64,000 nt of DNA from Nemertoderma westbladi (GCA_032718475.1 JAUCBJ010002736.1:2143-66142), one strand, 5' to 3'. Shown: positions 1-12,830, counted from the stretch's first letter. Made by a program: numbers and translations. Notes: a model not told the origin generated them from the letters alone.

Positions 1-3000
1 ATTAACCACCGCTGTGTTTGTCCGGTCCCACCGTACCTGTTAGCTATTAACCACCGCTGTGTTTGTCCGGTCCCACCGTACCTGTTAGCTATTAACCACC
101 GCTGTGTTTGTCCGGTCCCACCGTACCTGTTAGCTATTAACCACCGGCTGTGTTTGTCCGGTCCCACCGTACCTGTTAGCTATTAACCACCGCTGTGTTT
201 GTCCGGTCCCACCGTACCTGTTAGCTATTAACCACCGCTGTGTTTGTCCGGTCCCACCGTACCTGTTAGCTATTAACCACCGCTGTGTTTGTCCGGTCCC
301 ACCGTACCTGTTAGCTATTAACCACCGCTGTGTTTGTCCGGTCCCACCGTACCTGTTAGCTATTAACCACCGCTGTGTTTGTCCGGTCCCACCGTACCTG
401 TTAGCTATTAACCACCGCTGTGTTTGTCCGGTCCCACCGTACCTGTTAGCTATTAACCACCGCTGTGTTTGTCCGGTCCCACCGTACCTGTTAGCTATTA
501 ACCACCGCTGTGTTTGTCCGGTCCCACCGTACCTGTTAGCTATTAACCACCGCTGTGTTTGTCCGGTCCCACCGTACCTGTTAGCTATTAACCACCGCTG
601 TGTTTGTCCGGTCCCACCGTACCTGTTAGCTATTAACCACCGCTGTGTTTGTCCGGTCCCACCGTACCTGTTAGCTATTAACCACCGCTGTGTTTGTCCG
701 GTCCCACCGTACCTGTTAGCTATTAACCACCGCTGTGTTTGTCCGGTCCCACCGTACCTGTTAGCTATTAACCACCGCTGTGTTTGTCCGGTCCCACCGT
801 ACCTGTTAGCTATTAACCACCGGCTGTGTTTGTCCGGTCCCACCGTACCTGTTAGCTAATAACCACCGCTGTGTTTGTCCGGTCCCACCGTACCTGTTAG
901 CTATTAACCACCGCTGTGTTTGTCCGGTCCCACCGTACCTGTTAGCTATTAACCACCGCTGTGTTTGTCCGGTCCCACCGTACCTGTTAGCTATTAACCA
1001 CCGCTGTGTTTGTCCGGTCCCACCGTACCTGTTAGCTATTAACCACCGCTGTGTTTGTCCGGTCCCACCGTACCTGTTAGCTATTAACCACCGCTGTGTT
1101 TGTCCGGTCCCACCGTACCTGTTAGCTATTAACCACCGCTGTGTTTGTCCGGTCCCACCGTACCTGTTAGCTATTAACCACCGCTGTGTTTGTCCGGTCC
1201 CACCGTACCTGTTAGCTATTAACCACCGGCTGTGTTTGTCCGGTCCCACCGTACCTGTTACCTATTAACCACCGCTGTGTTTGTCCGGTCCCACCGTACC
1301 TGTTAGCTATTAACCACCGCTGTGTTTGTCCGGTCCCACCGTACCTGTTAGCTATTAACCACCGCTGTGTTTGTCCGGTCCCACCGTACCTGTTAGCTAT
1401 TAACCACCGCTGTGTTTGTCCGGTCCCACCGTACCTGTTAGCTATTAACCACCGCTGTGTTTGTCCGGTCCCACCGTACCTGTTAGCTATTAACCACCGC
1501 TGTGTTTGTGCGGTCCCACCGTACCTGTTAGCTATTAACCACCGCTGTGTTTGTCCGGTCCCACCGTACCTGTTAGCTATTAACCACCGGCTGTGTTTGT
1601 GCGGTCCCACCGTACCTGTTAGCTAATAACCACCGCTGTGTTTGTCCGGTCCCACCGTACCTGTTAGCTATTAACCACCGCTGTGTTTGTCCGGTCCCAC
1701 CGTACCTGTTAGCTAATAACCACCGCTGTGTTTGTCCGGTCCCACCGTACCTGTTAGCTATTAACCACCGCTGTGTTTGTCCGGTCCCACCGTACCTGTT
1801 AGCTATTAACCACCGGCTGTGTTTGTGCGGTCCCACCGTACCTGTTAGCTAATAACCACCGCTGTGTTTGTCCGGTCCCACCGTACCTGTTAGCTATTAA
1901 CCACCGCTGTGTTTGTCCGGTCCCACCGTACCTGTTAGCTATTAACCACCGCTGTGTTTGTCCGGTCCCACCGTACCTGTTAGCTATTAACCACCGCTGT
2001 GTTTGTCCGGTCCCACCGTACCTGTTAGCTATTAACCACCGCTGTGTTTGTGTGTTCCCACCGTACCTGTTAGCTATTAACCACCGCTGTGTTTGTCCGG
2101 TCCCACCGTACCTGTTAGCTAATAACCACCGGCTGTGTTTGTCCGGTCCCACCGTACCTGTTAGCATTAACCACCGCTGTGTTTGTCCGGTCCCACCGTA
2201 CCTGTTAGCTATTAACCACCGCTGCGTTTGTCCGGTCCCACCGTACCTGTTAGATTAACCACCGCTGTGTTTGTCCGGTCCCACCGTACCTGTTAGCTAT
2301 TAACCACCGCTGTGTTTGTCCGGTCCCACCGTACCTGTTAGCTATTAACCACCGCTGTGTTTGTCCGGTCCCACCGTACCTGTTAGCTATTAACCACCGC
2401 TGTGTTTGTCCGGTCCCACCGTACCTGTTAGCTATTAACCACCGCTGTGTTTGTCCGGTCCCACCGTACCTGTTAGCTATTAACCACCGCTGTGTTTGTC
2501 CGGTCCCACCGTACCTGTTAGCTATTAACCACCGGCTGTGTTTGTGCGGTCCCACCGTACCTGTTAGCTAATAACCACCGCTGTGTTTGTCCGGTCCCAC
2601 CGTACCTGTTAGCTATTAACCACCGCTGTGTTTGTCCGGTCCCACCGTACCTGTTAGCTAATAACCACCGCTGTGTTTGTCCGGTCCCACCGTACCTGTT
2701 AGCTAATAACCACCGCTGTGTTTGTCCGGTCCCACCGTACCTGTTAGCTATTAACCACCGCTGTGTTTGTCCGGTCCCACCGTACCTGTTAGCTATTAAC
2801 CACCGCTGTGTTTGTCCGGTCCCACCGTACCTGTTAGCTAATAACCACCGCTGTGTTTGTCCGGTCCCACCGTACCTGTTAGCTATTAACCACCGCTGTG
2901 TTTGTCCGGTCCCACCGTACCTGTTAGCTATTAACCACCGCTGTGTTTGTCCGGTCCCACCGTACCTGTTAGCTAATAACCACCGCTGTGTTTGTCCGGT

Positions 3001-4625
3001 CCCACCGTACCTGTTAGCTAATAACCACCGCTGTGTTTGTCCGGTCCCACCGTACCTGTTAGCTATTAACCACCGCTGTGTTTGTCCGGTCCCACCGTAC
3101 CTGTTAGCTATTAACCACCGGCTGTGTTTGTGCGGTCCCACCGTACCTGTTAGCTAATAACCACCGCTGTGTTTGTCCGGTCCCACCGTACCTGTTAGCT
3201 ATTAACCACCGCTGTGTTTGTCCGGTCCCACCGTACCTGTTAGCTATTAACCACCGCTGTGTTTGTCCGGTCCCACCGTACCTGTTAGCTAATAACCACC
3301 GCTGTGTTTGTCCGGTCCCACCGTACCTGTTAGCTAATAACCACCGCTGTGTTTGTCCGGTCCCACCGTACCTGTTAGCTAATAACCACCGCTGTGTTTG
3401 TCCGGTCCCACCGTACCTTTTAGCTAATAACCACCGCTGTGTTTGTCCGGTCCCACCGTACCTGTTAGCTATTAACCACCGCTGTGTTTGTCCGGTCCGA
3501 CCGTACCTGTTAGCTATTAACCACCGCTGTGTTTGTCCGGTACCACCGTACCTGTTAGCTATTAACCACCGCTGTGTTTGTCCGGTCCCACCGTACTTGT
3601 TAGCTATTAACCACCGCTGTGTTTGTCCGGTCCCACCGTACCTGTTAGCTAATAACCACCGCTGTGTTTGTCCGGTCCCACCGTACCTGTTAGCTATTAA
3701 CCACCGCTGTGTTTGTCCGGTCCCACCGTACCTGTTAGCTATTAACCACCGCTGTGTTTGTCCGGTCCCACCGTACCTGTTAGCTATTAACCACCGCTGT
3801 GTTTGTCCGGTCCCACCGTACCTGTTAGCTATTAACCACCGCTGTGTTTGTCCGGTCCCACCGTACCTGTTAGCTATTAACCACCGCTGTGTTTGTCCGG
3901 TCCGACCGTACCTGTTAGCTATTAACCACCGCTGTGTTTGTCCGGTCCCACCGTACTTGTTAGCTAATAACCACCGCTGTGTTTGTCCGGTCCCACCGTA
4001 CCTGTTAGCTAATAACCACCGCTGTGTTTGTCCGGTCCCACCGTACCTGTTAGCTAATAACCACCGCTGTGTTTGTCCGGTCCCACCGTACCTGTTAGCT
4101 AATAACCACCGCTGTGTTTGTCCGGTCCCACCGTACCTGTTAGCTATTAACCACCGCTGTGTTTGTCCGGTCCCACCGTACCTGTTAGCTATTAACCACC
4201 GCTGTGTTTGTCCGGTCCCACCGTACCTGTTAGCTATTAACCACCGCTGTGTTTGTCCGGTCCCACCGTACCTGTTAGCTATTAACCACCGCTGTGTTTG
4301 TCCGGTCCCACCGTACCTGTTAGCTATTAACCACCGCTGTGTTTGTCCGGTCCCACCGTACCTGTTAGCTATTAACCACCGCTGTGTTTGTCCGGTCCCA
4401 CCGTACCTGTTAGCTAATAACCACCGCTGTGTTTGTCCGGTCCCACCGTACCTGTTAGCTAATAACCACCGCTGTGTTTGTCCGGTCCCACCGTACCTGT
4501 TAGCTAATAACCACCGCTGTGTTTGTCCGGTCCCTCCGTACCTGTTAGTTATTAACCACCGCTGTGTTTGTCCGGTCCCACCGTACCTGTTAGCTATTAA
4601 CCACCGCTGTGTTTGTCCGGTCCCA
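1..4625 (-). repeat. 45-bp minisatellite (at least 102 copies) made of the exon-9 end plus 5' splice site
   Basis: Unit in gene sense is GGGACCGGACAAACACAGCGGTGGTTAATAGCTAACAG|GTACGGT, i.e. the last 38 exon nt plus 7 intron nt. Runs off the window edge. Confidence 0.97.
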
Positions 4626-4758
4626 GCGTCCGCACTAAGGGGTTGTCCCGCTCGAACAGTTTTTCCGCCAATAAGAAACCCTTCGAAGTGCCCTTCCCCA
4701 TTCCCTAACGTTGAATTCGGACTGCAACTTGCGTCGGAATGATCGCTCAGACTTTGGT
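4587..4758 (-). CDS. TFCP2: TFCP2 exon 9 (start of SAM-like oligomerisation region); gene continues beyond window start
   Basis: TTTTAG| acceptor. Encodes DQSLS..PLSADAGTGQTQRWLIANR (cf. LLPTTTPQEAQQWLHRNR). Donor AACAG|GTACGG, phase 2. Confidence 0.85.
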
Positions 4759-4961
4759 CTAAAACAAATAAAATATATACGATAGGCAAAAATACGGGAT
4801 GTAAATAAGGGGCGGGGGGGGGGGGGGGGGGGTACCCCTACAAAAAAACTTAGTTTCAACATCAGGGGGTTTTAAAGAAATAAATTGATTGTGACTTGAG
4901 TATAAAGAAATTCTAGAACGCCTCAATAATTTTGAATTGGGTTGTTGTAACATACACTTAC

Positions 4962-5172
4962 CGAGTGAGGATAACTTGCCGCTCGTCTTTAGTTTTTTTG
5001 GCCGAAGTACGTCCGCGGGATTGGTGGATGTATCTGTTTGCTCGATACCTGATTGGTTGAAACTCGTGTCATATGGATTTTTAACTGAGGTCCGTTGTCC
5101 TGGAGACGGATAACCTTTCATTTGAGAAGGTTTTAATGAACAATTCACTCCTTTACGCGATTTTCCCTCAAC
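4962..5172 (-). CDS. TFCP2: TFCP2 exon 8 (low-complexity linker)
   Basis: Strong TTTTTAG| acceptor, 211 nt open frame VEGKSRKG..LSSL, donor G|GTAAGT. Phase 0 to 1 fits the neighbours. Confidence 0.7.
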
Positions 5173-6689
5173 CTAAAAAGCGTAAAAAGTTATATGAGAA
5201 TGAAAGATACCGAGTGCCGGAGGCAACCCGGCATTTAATGGGCAAATTTTCACAATTTTTTACTACTTCGGTCATAAGTATAAAAAATCCGAGCACTTAG
5301 AAATTTCCTGATTGTCTTTCTCAGTTTTTCTAACTCGTGGCTCAGTTAATCTTTAATGATCGTTTCAAATATCATGGAAAATTCGCTGTTAGCGCCATGC
5401 ATGGCGGTAGTTGTGGTACCAGCATCGTTTGATGGGGGTGGGCGGCTACCCCCTCCCGTGGTAAAATTTTAAAATTTTTGTTTTATATTTCGTCTGATGC
5501 TGAATTTAATGGGGACTTTAAATATTAAAACGGCTTGGTGAGATCTTTTCTAGTTCTCAATAAGTTATCGCTGTTTCCGTCTAACAGTTTGTCCGTCGAA
5601 ATTTAGACGACTGACTAACGTAAAAACAGACGTCGGAAATCACCGACCCCGAAAACCTCTATTGATAATTTCAGTGAGTTGTTATGAAGCAATTTAGTGC
5701 CAAACATTACTAACCGATTAACCGACCACAGACAGGTTTGAGGGGGAAAGTTGAAACTTTAAAGGAAATTATCTCGGAATTCACATTTTTCGATTTTTCT
5801 AAATACTACTCCTCCGCCATTTTTATCTCAAATTCAACAATTTATGGCTTTATTTGATTGGATGGCTTTTTTTCCGAGAGGTTGAAGATCTTGAAAAACT
5901 TCACATTTTTGGGAATTTTAATTTAATTTAATAATTTTAATTTAATTATTAAATTTATCAATTATATTTAATGAAAAAATTTGGATAAAAATTAAGGGAC
6001 TAGTGTTATTAGTGAAATATTTAATTCTGCTACTCGCCGATAGAGGGAAACAAAAAGTTTTCAAATTTAAATTTTTTTGCTCTTTGGCCTTCCCCACGTT
6101 GTTGGCTGAACACAACAACAGGAAGTGACATACAATACGTAGTTGGAGCTGTTTCCATGGAAATGAGATAGATAACCCCAATTGTTTTTCCAAAAATGAA
6201 CTTCATTTACTAAAATTTCCCTCACCATAAATCGATATAAGATTTTACTGGTACAGTTCTGTTTAATATTGTGTTTACCTATTTAATTTACCCTGCTCGT
6301 TGTATAGATAATGATATTTATTCTTACTAAAATTCGGGGGTGTCACGGTCCCATGTGACGTACACTAGACTTTCTGCTGTTATATTTCACTTTTCAGTTT
6401 GCCCCCATGTGAAGAATACCAGGTTTTCACAAAAGTCCCATGTCACGGGATTAACCCTGTGTACACTTCGACATCCCAAAGTTATTAACAACAATATTGT
6501 TATTTATTATATTTATTTATTAACAACAACTTCGGTTTGAAGAACTATCAAAAGCTTGAGTTCTAGGCCCCATATAAGTTGTGTCAATCTAGATCCCCTA
6601 ACAACCCATGATACAGAAGGGCGAATCTAACCAAAACAATAAACGGAAACATACGCGCATGATAAATAAATGATAAATTCAAGCTATAA

Positions 6690-7395
6690 AACACTTAATA
6701 AAGGCTACCAATTAAAGTCACTCCAAAATTGATGAATATTTCACCAGAAAAATTATATTATACCAATTTAAATAATATCCCAAAAAAAATTATTCAACAC
6801 CAAATAAAATAAAGTCACCACAAATAAAATTATTCAACACCAAAAACCAATTATTCACACCAAAACAATGACAAAACCCCCAAAATAATTACAAACTTTC
6901 CCAAAATAAGTACATATCGCCCCAAAATAAATACATACATAAATGGATATTCAATTCCCCCAAAATATTCAAGTATTCTACCAAAATAAACAGACTCTTA
7001 GTTACAGACTCTCAGTTGCAGAGAATATTGGTACGAGGATCGTTAGTATACGATGATTAAACATTTTGTTTGATTTATGGAAATAAATAATTAATGAATT
7101 TGTATTTGGTGTTATGAATATAATATAATATGAATATAGAATAAAATAGAATGAATATATATTTGGTGTTGGAAGAATTGTTTTTGGTTGACAAGTAATT
7201 ATTTTAGGGAGATTGAATACTTTTTGAGGTATGAATAATTGTTTTTGGGGACGAATAATTGTTTTTGGTGAGGGAGATATTCAAAATTGGGGGATGTAAA
7301 TTATTGGTGCTACAAAAAATATATTTGGTGCTAAATAATTGATTTTTGTGTCAAATCATCTAATTTGGGGCGGCATTCTATTAGTGGCGCTAATA
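6690..7395. repeat. Degenerate foldback-like inverted repeat in TFCP2 intron 7
   Basis: The left half is A/C-rich with ATTCAACACCAAAT motifs and the right half has the reverse-complement ATTTGGTGTTG motifs. Strand skew flips near 7030. Confidence 0.5.
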
Positions 7396-7562
7396 AAGGA
7401 GAAATAAAAAAAATACAAAATTATCATATATAAAATTCCAATAAAATTTCTACCGAAAAGTGAAAACCTGATATTCTTCACATGGGCGGGTGTCATAGGG
7501 GTTTGATACCAATATGGTTACGTTTTACACGGGTAATACGGTTGTATATTTAACTGACGTAC

Positions 7563-7750
7563 CTTGACCTGTTTGTATTGCTCAGCTAGATCGGCAAAAG
7601 ATAAATCCTTGGTGTCGATAGTAATAAGAGGTTGACTACCCATCGGTTGGTTTGCGATTAAGTGGAGGGGAAGGGGCGGTGGGGGTGGGGGAGGGGGAGG
7701 AGGGGGGCACTTCCCTTCCGATACCGAATCACGGCGCTTCGTTCCAGTAC
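7563..7750 (-). CDS. TFCP2: TFCP2 exon 7 (Pro-rich linker)
   Basis: TTAG| acceptor, phase 1. Open frame GTGTKRRDSVSEGKC-polyP..EQYKQVK; donor AAG|GTACGT. Phases fit the flanking exons; no homology support. Confidence 0.65.
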
Positions 7751-8150
7751 CTAAGCCAATCAACAGTTAGTCTATCATAACGTCATTCGGTCACATCCAG
7801 TGACGAATTCCACGAATTATTAGTTAGATTTATCATTACGGCTTATAATTCCTGGAATTTACGCCACAATATCTTATCTTTCTGAGAATACTATACTGTA
7901 ATGTAATGTATGTCTACTACACTGTAATCTTGTTTATTGGGATGATTGCTGCAATAGTCCGGTAAATATTGCATTACCTTGCATGGAAGTAAATGAAATA
8001 AACAACCCGACTTACCATACTGGTACCATTGAGGGTTTACCTAAAAGTTACCAAATTCTACACCAGATCGTGACTTTAGTTTCCATAATATTGTTCGATC
8101 TTGTACAGATTTACCTTGGTGTTGTTGGTACAGCAGCTGTATACACGTAC

Positions 8151-8382
8151 CTTGGGCAGGTGTCTGTCCCGTACCAGTAGGACTTCTAGCAGGCGCCCTC
8201 GGTAGAACAGCTGGGGAGGTAGGGTGACTCCAGTTCACCGGTATATCGTAGACGCATTGGGAGAGCAGCGTACACTCGTACGACGGCTGGTACTTCTGGG
8301 CCTCTTTAGCCGGCTTCCTTTCCAGTTTATCGCGATCTGTTTTACGTTTACGATCGGCGCCTTTCGGTTTAAATACCTTCAC
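8151..8382 (-). CDS. TFCP2: TFCP2 exon 6 (end of CP2 domain)
   Basis: Encodes VKVFKPKGADRKRKTDRDKLERKPAKEAQKYQPSYECTLL, matching the CP2 KVFKPKGADRKQKTDREK..YQPSY motif. Donor CAAG|GTACGT at 8150; an alternative in-frame donor lies at 8114. Confidence 0.85.
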
Positions 8383-8494
8383 CTGTAGATAAACAGATTA
8401 ACGATTCGTAATATTGATTAATTAGAGTTCCCGGGAAGGTTGGGCATTGAAATAATCTACGGCAAAATCGTAACATCGCTCAATGACATTGTTA

Positions 8495-8745
8495 GAAGCG
8501 TGTCTCGTCAAACCGATTGGTCACTCGCTTTTCTTATATAGCTAGGAGGTCCCAGGATCGATCCCTTGCCAAGGTAGTTACAATTTTGTAACTAGTGCGC
8601 CAGCCAATGCGGGGACCTGGCTTCTGCTGGGTGAGCAAAGAAAATAGATTGGATGTTTACGGGATGTTCACCCTTGGGAGTTAGTGTGGCGCCATCCCTT
8701 CCTTATAGGTAACAGCCACGAGATAATATCTTTCTGGTGCCTCCG
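8495..8745 (+). mobile_element. Possible degenerate tRNA-derived SINE
   Basis: GGAGGTCCCAGGATCGATCCC resembles a tRNA T-arm/B-box and is followed by a GC-richer body inside an AT-rich intron. Confidence 0.4.
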
Positions 8746-8817
8746 GTGTTTCGTGTTTCACACGTTCACCGATCACTTTAGTTACCCAACTAGACATTCA
8801 TCCACAATCTCGCCTAC

Positions 8818-8976
8818 CTGGGCACTAGCAGAGAATACTAGATTGGGATCCTGGCTGACATCTGAACTAGGAACAGACTGATTGGGTAACATAAAAGTAT
8901 CCAACTGGATTCGGAAAGGTACTCCTCTCTCCCCTCCGTGCTTCCTTTGTGTAAATTCTGTACCGATACAATGGAC
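8818..8976 (-). CDS. TFCP2: TFCP2 exon 5
   Basis: TTTTAG| acceptor. Encodes [35 protein letters not shown], the CP2 signature ([28 protein letters not shown]). Donor CAG|GTAGGC. Confidence 0.93.
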
Positions 8977-9021
8977 CTAAAATAAACGAAAATATATCAG
9001 CATCAATTTAAAATACAGTTG

Positions 9022-12000
9022 GCGGGTTGCTTGGATCCCTACCTACCTGTATAAACACACTGACGGGTTGCTTTGGATCCCTCCCTACCTGTATAAACAC
9101 ACTAGCGGGTTGCTTGGATCCCTCCCTACCTGTATAAACACACCTGACGGGTTGCTTTGGATCCCTCCTTACCTGTATAAACACACTAGCGGGTTGCTTG
9201 GATCCCTCCCTACCTGTATAAACACACCTGACGGCTTTGGATCCCTCCCTACCTGTATAAACACACTAGCGGGTTGCTTGGATCCCTCCCTACCTGTATA
9301 AACACACTAGCGGGTTGCTTGGATCCCTCCCTACCTGTATAAACACACTGACGGGTTGCTTTGGATCCCTCCCTACCTGTATTAACACACTAGCGGGATG
9401 CTTGGATCCCTCCCTACCTGTATAAACACACTGACGGGTTGCTTGGATCCCTCCCTACCTGTATTAACACACTAGCGGGTTGCTTGGATCCCCCCTACCT
9501 GTATAAACACACTGACGGGTTGCTTGGATCCCTCCCTACCTGTATTAACACACTAGCGGGTTGCTTGGATCCCTCCCTACCTGTATAAACACACTAGCGG
9601 GTCGCTTGGATCCCTCCCTACCTGTATAAACACACTGACGGGTTGCTTGGATCCCTCCCTACCTGTATAAACACACTGACGGGTTGCTTGGATCCCTCCC
9701 TACCTGTATTAACACACTAGCGGGTTGCTTGGATCCCTCCCTACCTGTATAAACACACTAGCGGGTCGCTTGGATCCCTCCCTACCTGTATTAACACACT
9801 AGCGGGTTGCTTGGATCCCTCCCTACCTGTATAAACACACCTGACGGGTTGCTTTGGATCCCTCCCTACCTGTATAAACACACTAGCGGGTTGCTTGGAT
9901 CCCTCCCTACCTGTATAAACACACTGACGGGTTGCTTGGATCCCTCCCTACCTGTATAAACACACCTACGGGTTGCTTGGATCCCTCCCTAGCTGTATAA
10001 ACACACTGACGGGTTGCTTGGATCCCTCCCTATCTGTATAAACACACCTACGGGTTGCTTGGACCCCTCCCTACCTGTATAAACACACTGACGGGTTGCT
10101 TGGATCCCTCCCTACCTGTATTAACACACTAGCGGGTTGCTTGGATCCCTCCCTACCTGTATAAACACACCTGACGGGTTGCTTTGGATCCCTCCCTACC
10201 TGTATAAACACACTAGCGGGTTGCTTGGATCCCTCCCTACCTGTATAAACACACTGACGGGTTGCTTGGATCCCTCCCTACCTGTATTAACACACTAGCG
10301 GGTTGCTTGGATCCCTCCCTACCTGTATAAACACACTAGCGGGTCGCTTGGATCCCTCCCTACCTGTATAAACACACTGACGGGTTGCTTGGATCCCTCC
10401 CTACCTGTATAAACACACTGACGGGTTGCTTGGATCCCTCCCTACCTGTATTAACACACTAGCGGGTTGCTTGGATCCCTCCCTACCTGTATAAACACAC
10501 CTGACGGGTTGCTTTGGATCCCTCCCTACCTGTATAAACACACTAGCGGGTTGCTTGGATCCCTCCCTACCTGTATAAACACACTAGCGGGTTGCTTGGA
10601 TCCCTCCCTACCTGTATAAACACACTGACGGGTTGCTTTGGATCCCTCCCTACCTGTATTAACACACTAGCGGGATGCTTGGATCCCTCCCTACCTGTAT
10701 AAACACACTGACGGGTTGCTTGGATCCCTCCCTACCTGTATAAACACACTAGCGGGTTGCTTGGATCCCTCCCTACCTGTATAAACACACTGACGGGTTG
10801 CTTGGATCCCTCCCTACCTGTATTAACACACTAGCGGGTTGCTTGGATCCCTCCCTACCTGTATAAACACACTAGCGGGTTGCTTGGATCCCTCCCTACC
10901 TGTATAAACACACTAGCGGGTTGCTTTGGATCCCTCCCTACCTGTATTAACACACTAGCGGGTTGCTTGGATCCCCCCTACCTGTATAAACACACTAACG
11001 GGTTGCTTTGGATCCCTCCCTACCTGTATAAACACACTAGCGGGTTGCTTGGATCCCTCCCTACCTGTATAAACACACTAGCGGGTTGCTTGGATCCCTC
11101 CCTACCTGTATAAACACACTGACGGGTTGCTTTGGATCCCTCCCTACCTGTATTAACACACTAGCGGGTTGCTTGGATCCCTCCCTACCTGTATAAACAC
11201 ACTGACGGGTTGCTTGGATCCCTCCCTACCTGTATAAACACACTAGCGGGTTGCTTGGATCCCTCCCTACCTGTATAAACACACTGACGGGTTGCTTGGA
11301 TCCCTCCCTACCTGTATAAACACACTGACGGGTTGCTTGGATCCCTCCCTACCTGTATAAACACACTAGCGGGTTGCTTGGATCCCTCCCTACCTGTATA
11401 AACACACTGACGGGTTGCTTGGATCCCTCCCTACCTGTATTAACACACTAGCGGGTTGCTTGGATCCCTCCCTACCTGTATAAACACACTAGCGGGTTGC
11501 TTGGATCCCTCCCTACCTGTATAAACACACCTGACGGGTTGCTTGGATCCCTCCCTACCTGTATAAACACACTGACGGGTTGCTTGGATCCCTCCCTACC
11601 TGTATTAACACACTAGCGGGTTGCTTGGATCCCTCCCTACCTGTATAAACACACTGAGCGGGTTGCTTGGATCCCTCCCTACCTGTATAAACACACTAGC
11701 GGGTTGCTTTGGATCCCTCCCTACCTGTATAAACACACTAGCGGGTTGCTTGGATCCCTCCCTACCTGTATAAACACACTGACGGGTTGCTTGGATCCCT
11801 CCCTACCTGTATTAACACACTAGCGGGTTGCTTGGATCCCTCCCTACCTGTATAAACACACTAGCGGGTTGCTTGGATCCCTCCCTACCTGTATTAACAC
11901 ACTAGCGGGTTGCTTGGATCCCTCCCTACCTGTATAAACACACCTGACGGGTTGCTTTGGATCCCTCCCTACCTGTATAAACACACTGACGGGTTGCTTG

Positions 12001-12830
12001 GATCCCTCCCTACCTGTATAAACACACTAGCGGGTTGCTTGGATCCCTCCCTACCTGTATAAACACACTGACGGGTTGCTTTGGATCCCTCCCTACCTGT
12101 ATTAACACACTAGCGGGTTGCTTGGATCCCTCCCTACCTGTATAAACACACTGACGGGTTGCTTGGATCCCTCCCTACCTGTATTAACACACTAGCGGGT
12201 TGCTTTGGATCCCTCCCTACCTGTATAAACACACTTAGCGGGTTGCTTGGATCCCTCCCTACCTGTATAAACACACTGACGGGTTGCTTGGATCCCTCCC
12301 TACCTGTATTAACACACTAGCGGGTTGCTTGGATCCCTCCCTACCTGTATAAACACACTAGCGGGTCGCTTGGATCCCTCCCTACCTGTATAAACACACT
12401 AGCGGGTTGCTTGGATCCCTCCCTACCTGTATAAACACACTGACGGGTTGCTTGGATCCCTCCCTACCTGTATAAACACACTGACGGGTTGCTTGGATCC
12501 CTCCCTACCTGTATAAACACACCTACGGGTTGCTTGGACCCCTCCCTACCTGTATAAACACACCTGACGGGTTGCTTGGATCCCTCCCTACCTGTATAAA
12601 CATACTAGCGGGTTGCTTGGATCCCTCCCTACCTGTATAAACATACTAGCGGGTTGCTTGGATCCCTCCCTACCTGTATTAACACACTAGCGGGTTGCTT
12701 GGATCCCTCCCTACCTGTATAAACACACTGACGGGTTGCTTGGATCCCTCCCTACCTGTATAAACACACTGACGGGTTGATTGGATCCCTCCTACCTGTA
12801 TAAACACACTAGCGGGTTGCTTAGGATCCC
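9022..12830 (-). repeat. 41-bp minisatellite (about 92 copies) made of the exon-4 end plus 5' splice site
   Basis: Unit in gene sense is AAGCAACCCGCTAGTGTGTTTATACAG|GTAGGGAGGGATCC; the first 27 nt equal the exon codons KQPASVFIQ. Confidence 0.97.

Noticed and set aside
130-4742. Stand-alone repeat-protein genes (RWLIANRYGG.. and NHRCVCPVPP.. ORFs)
   Set aside because: They are by-products of a stop-free 45-bp unit; only 4587-4758 is a supported exon.
8016-8040. 25-nt microexon (TTTTAG|...|GTAAGT)
   Set aside because: The splice signals look good, but inclusion shifts the frame to a stop early in exon 7. It could be a poison exon but is unsupported without RNA data.
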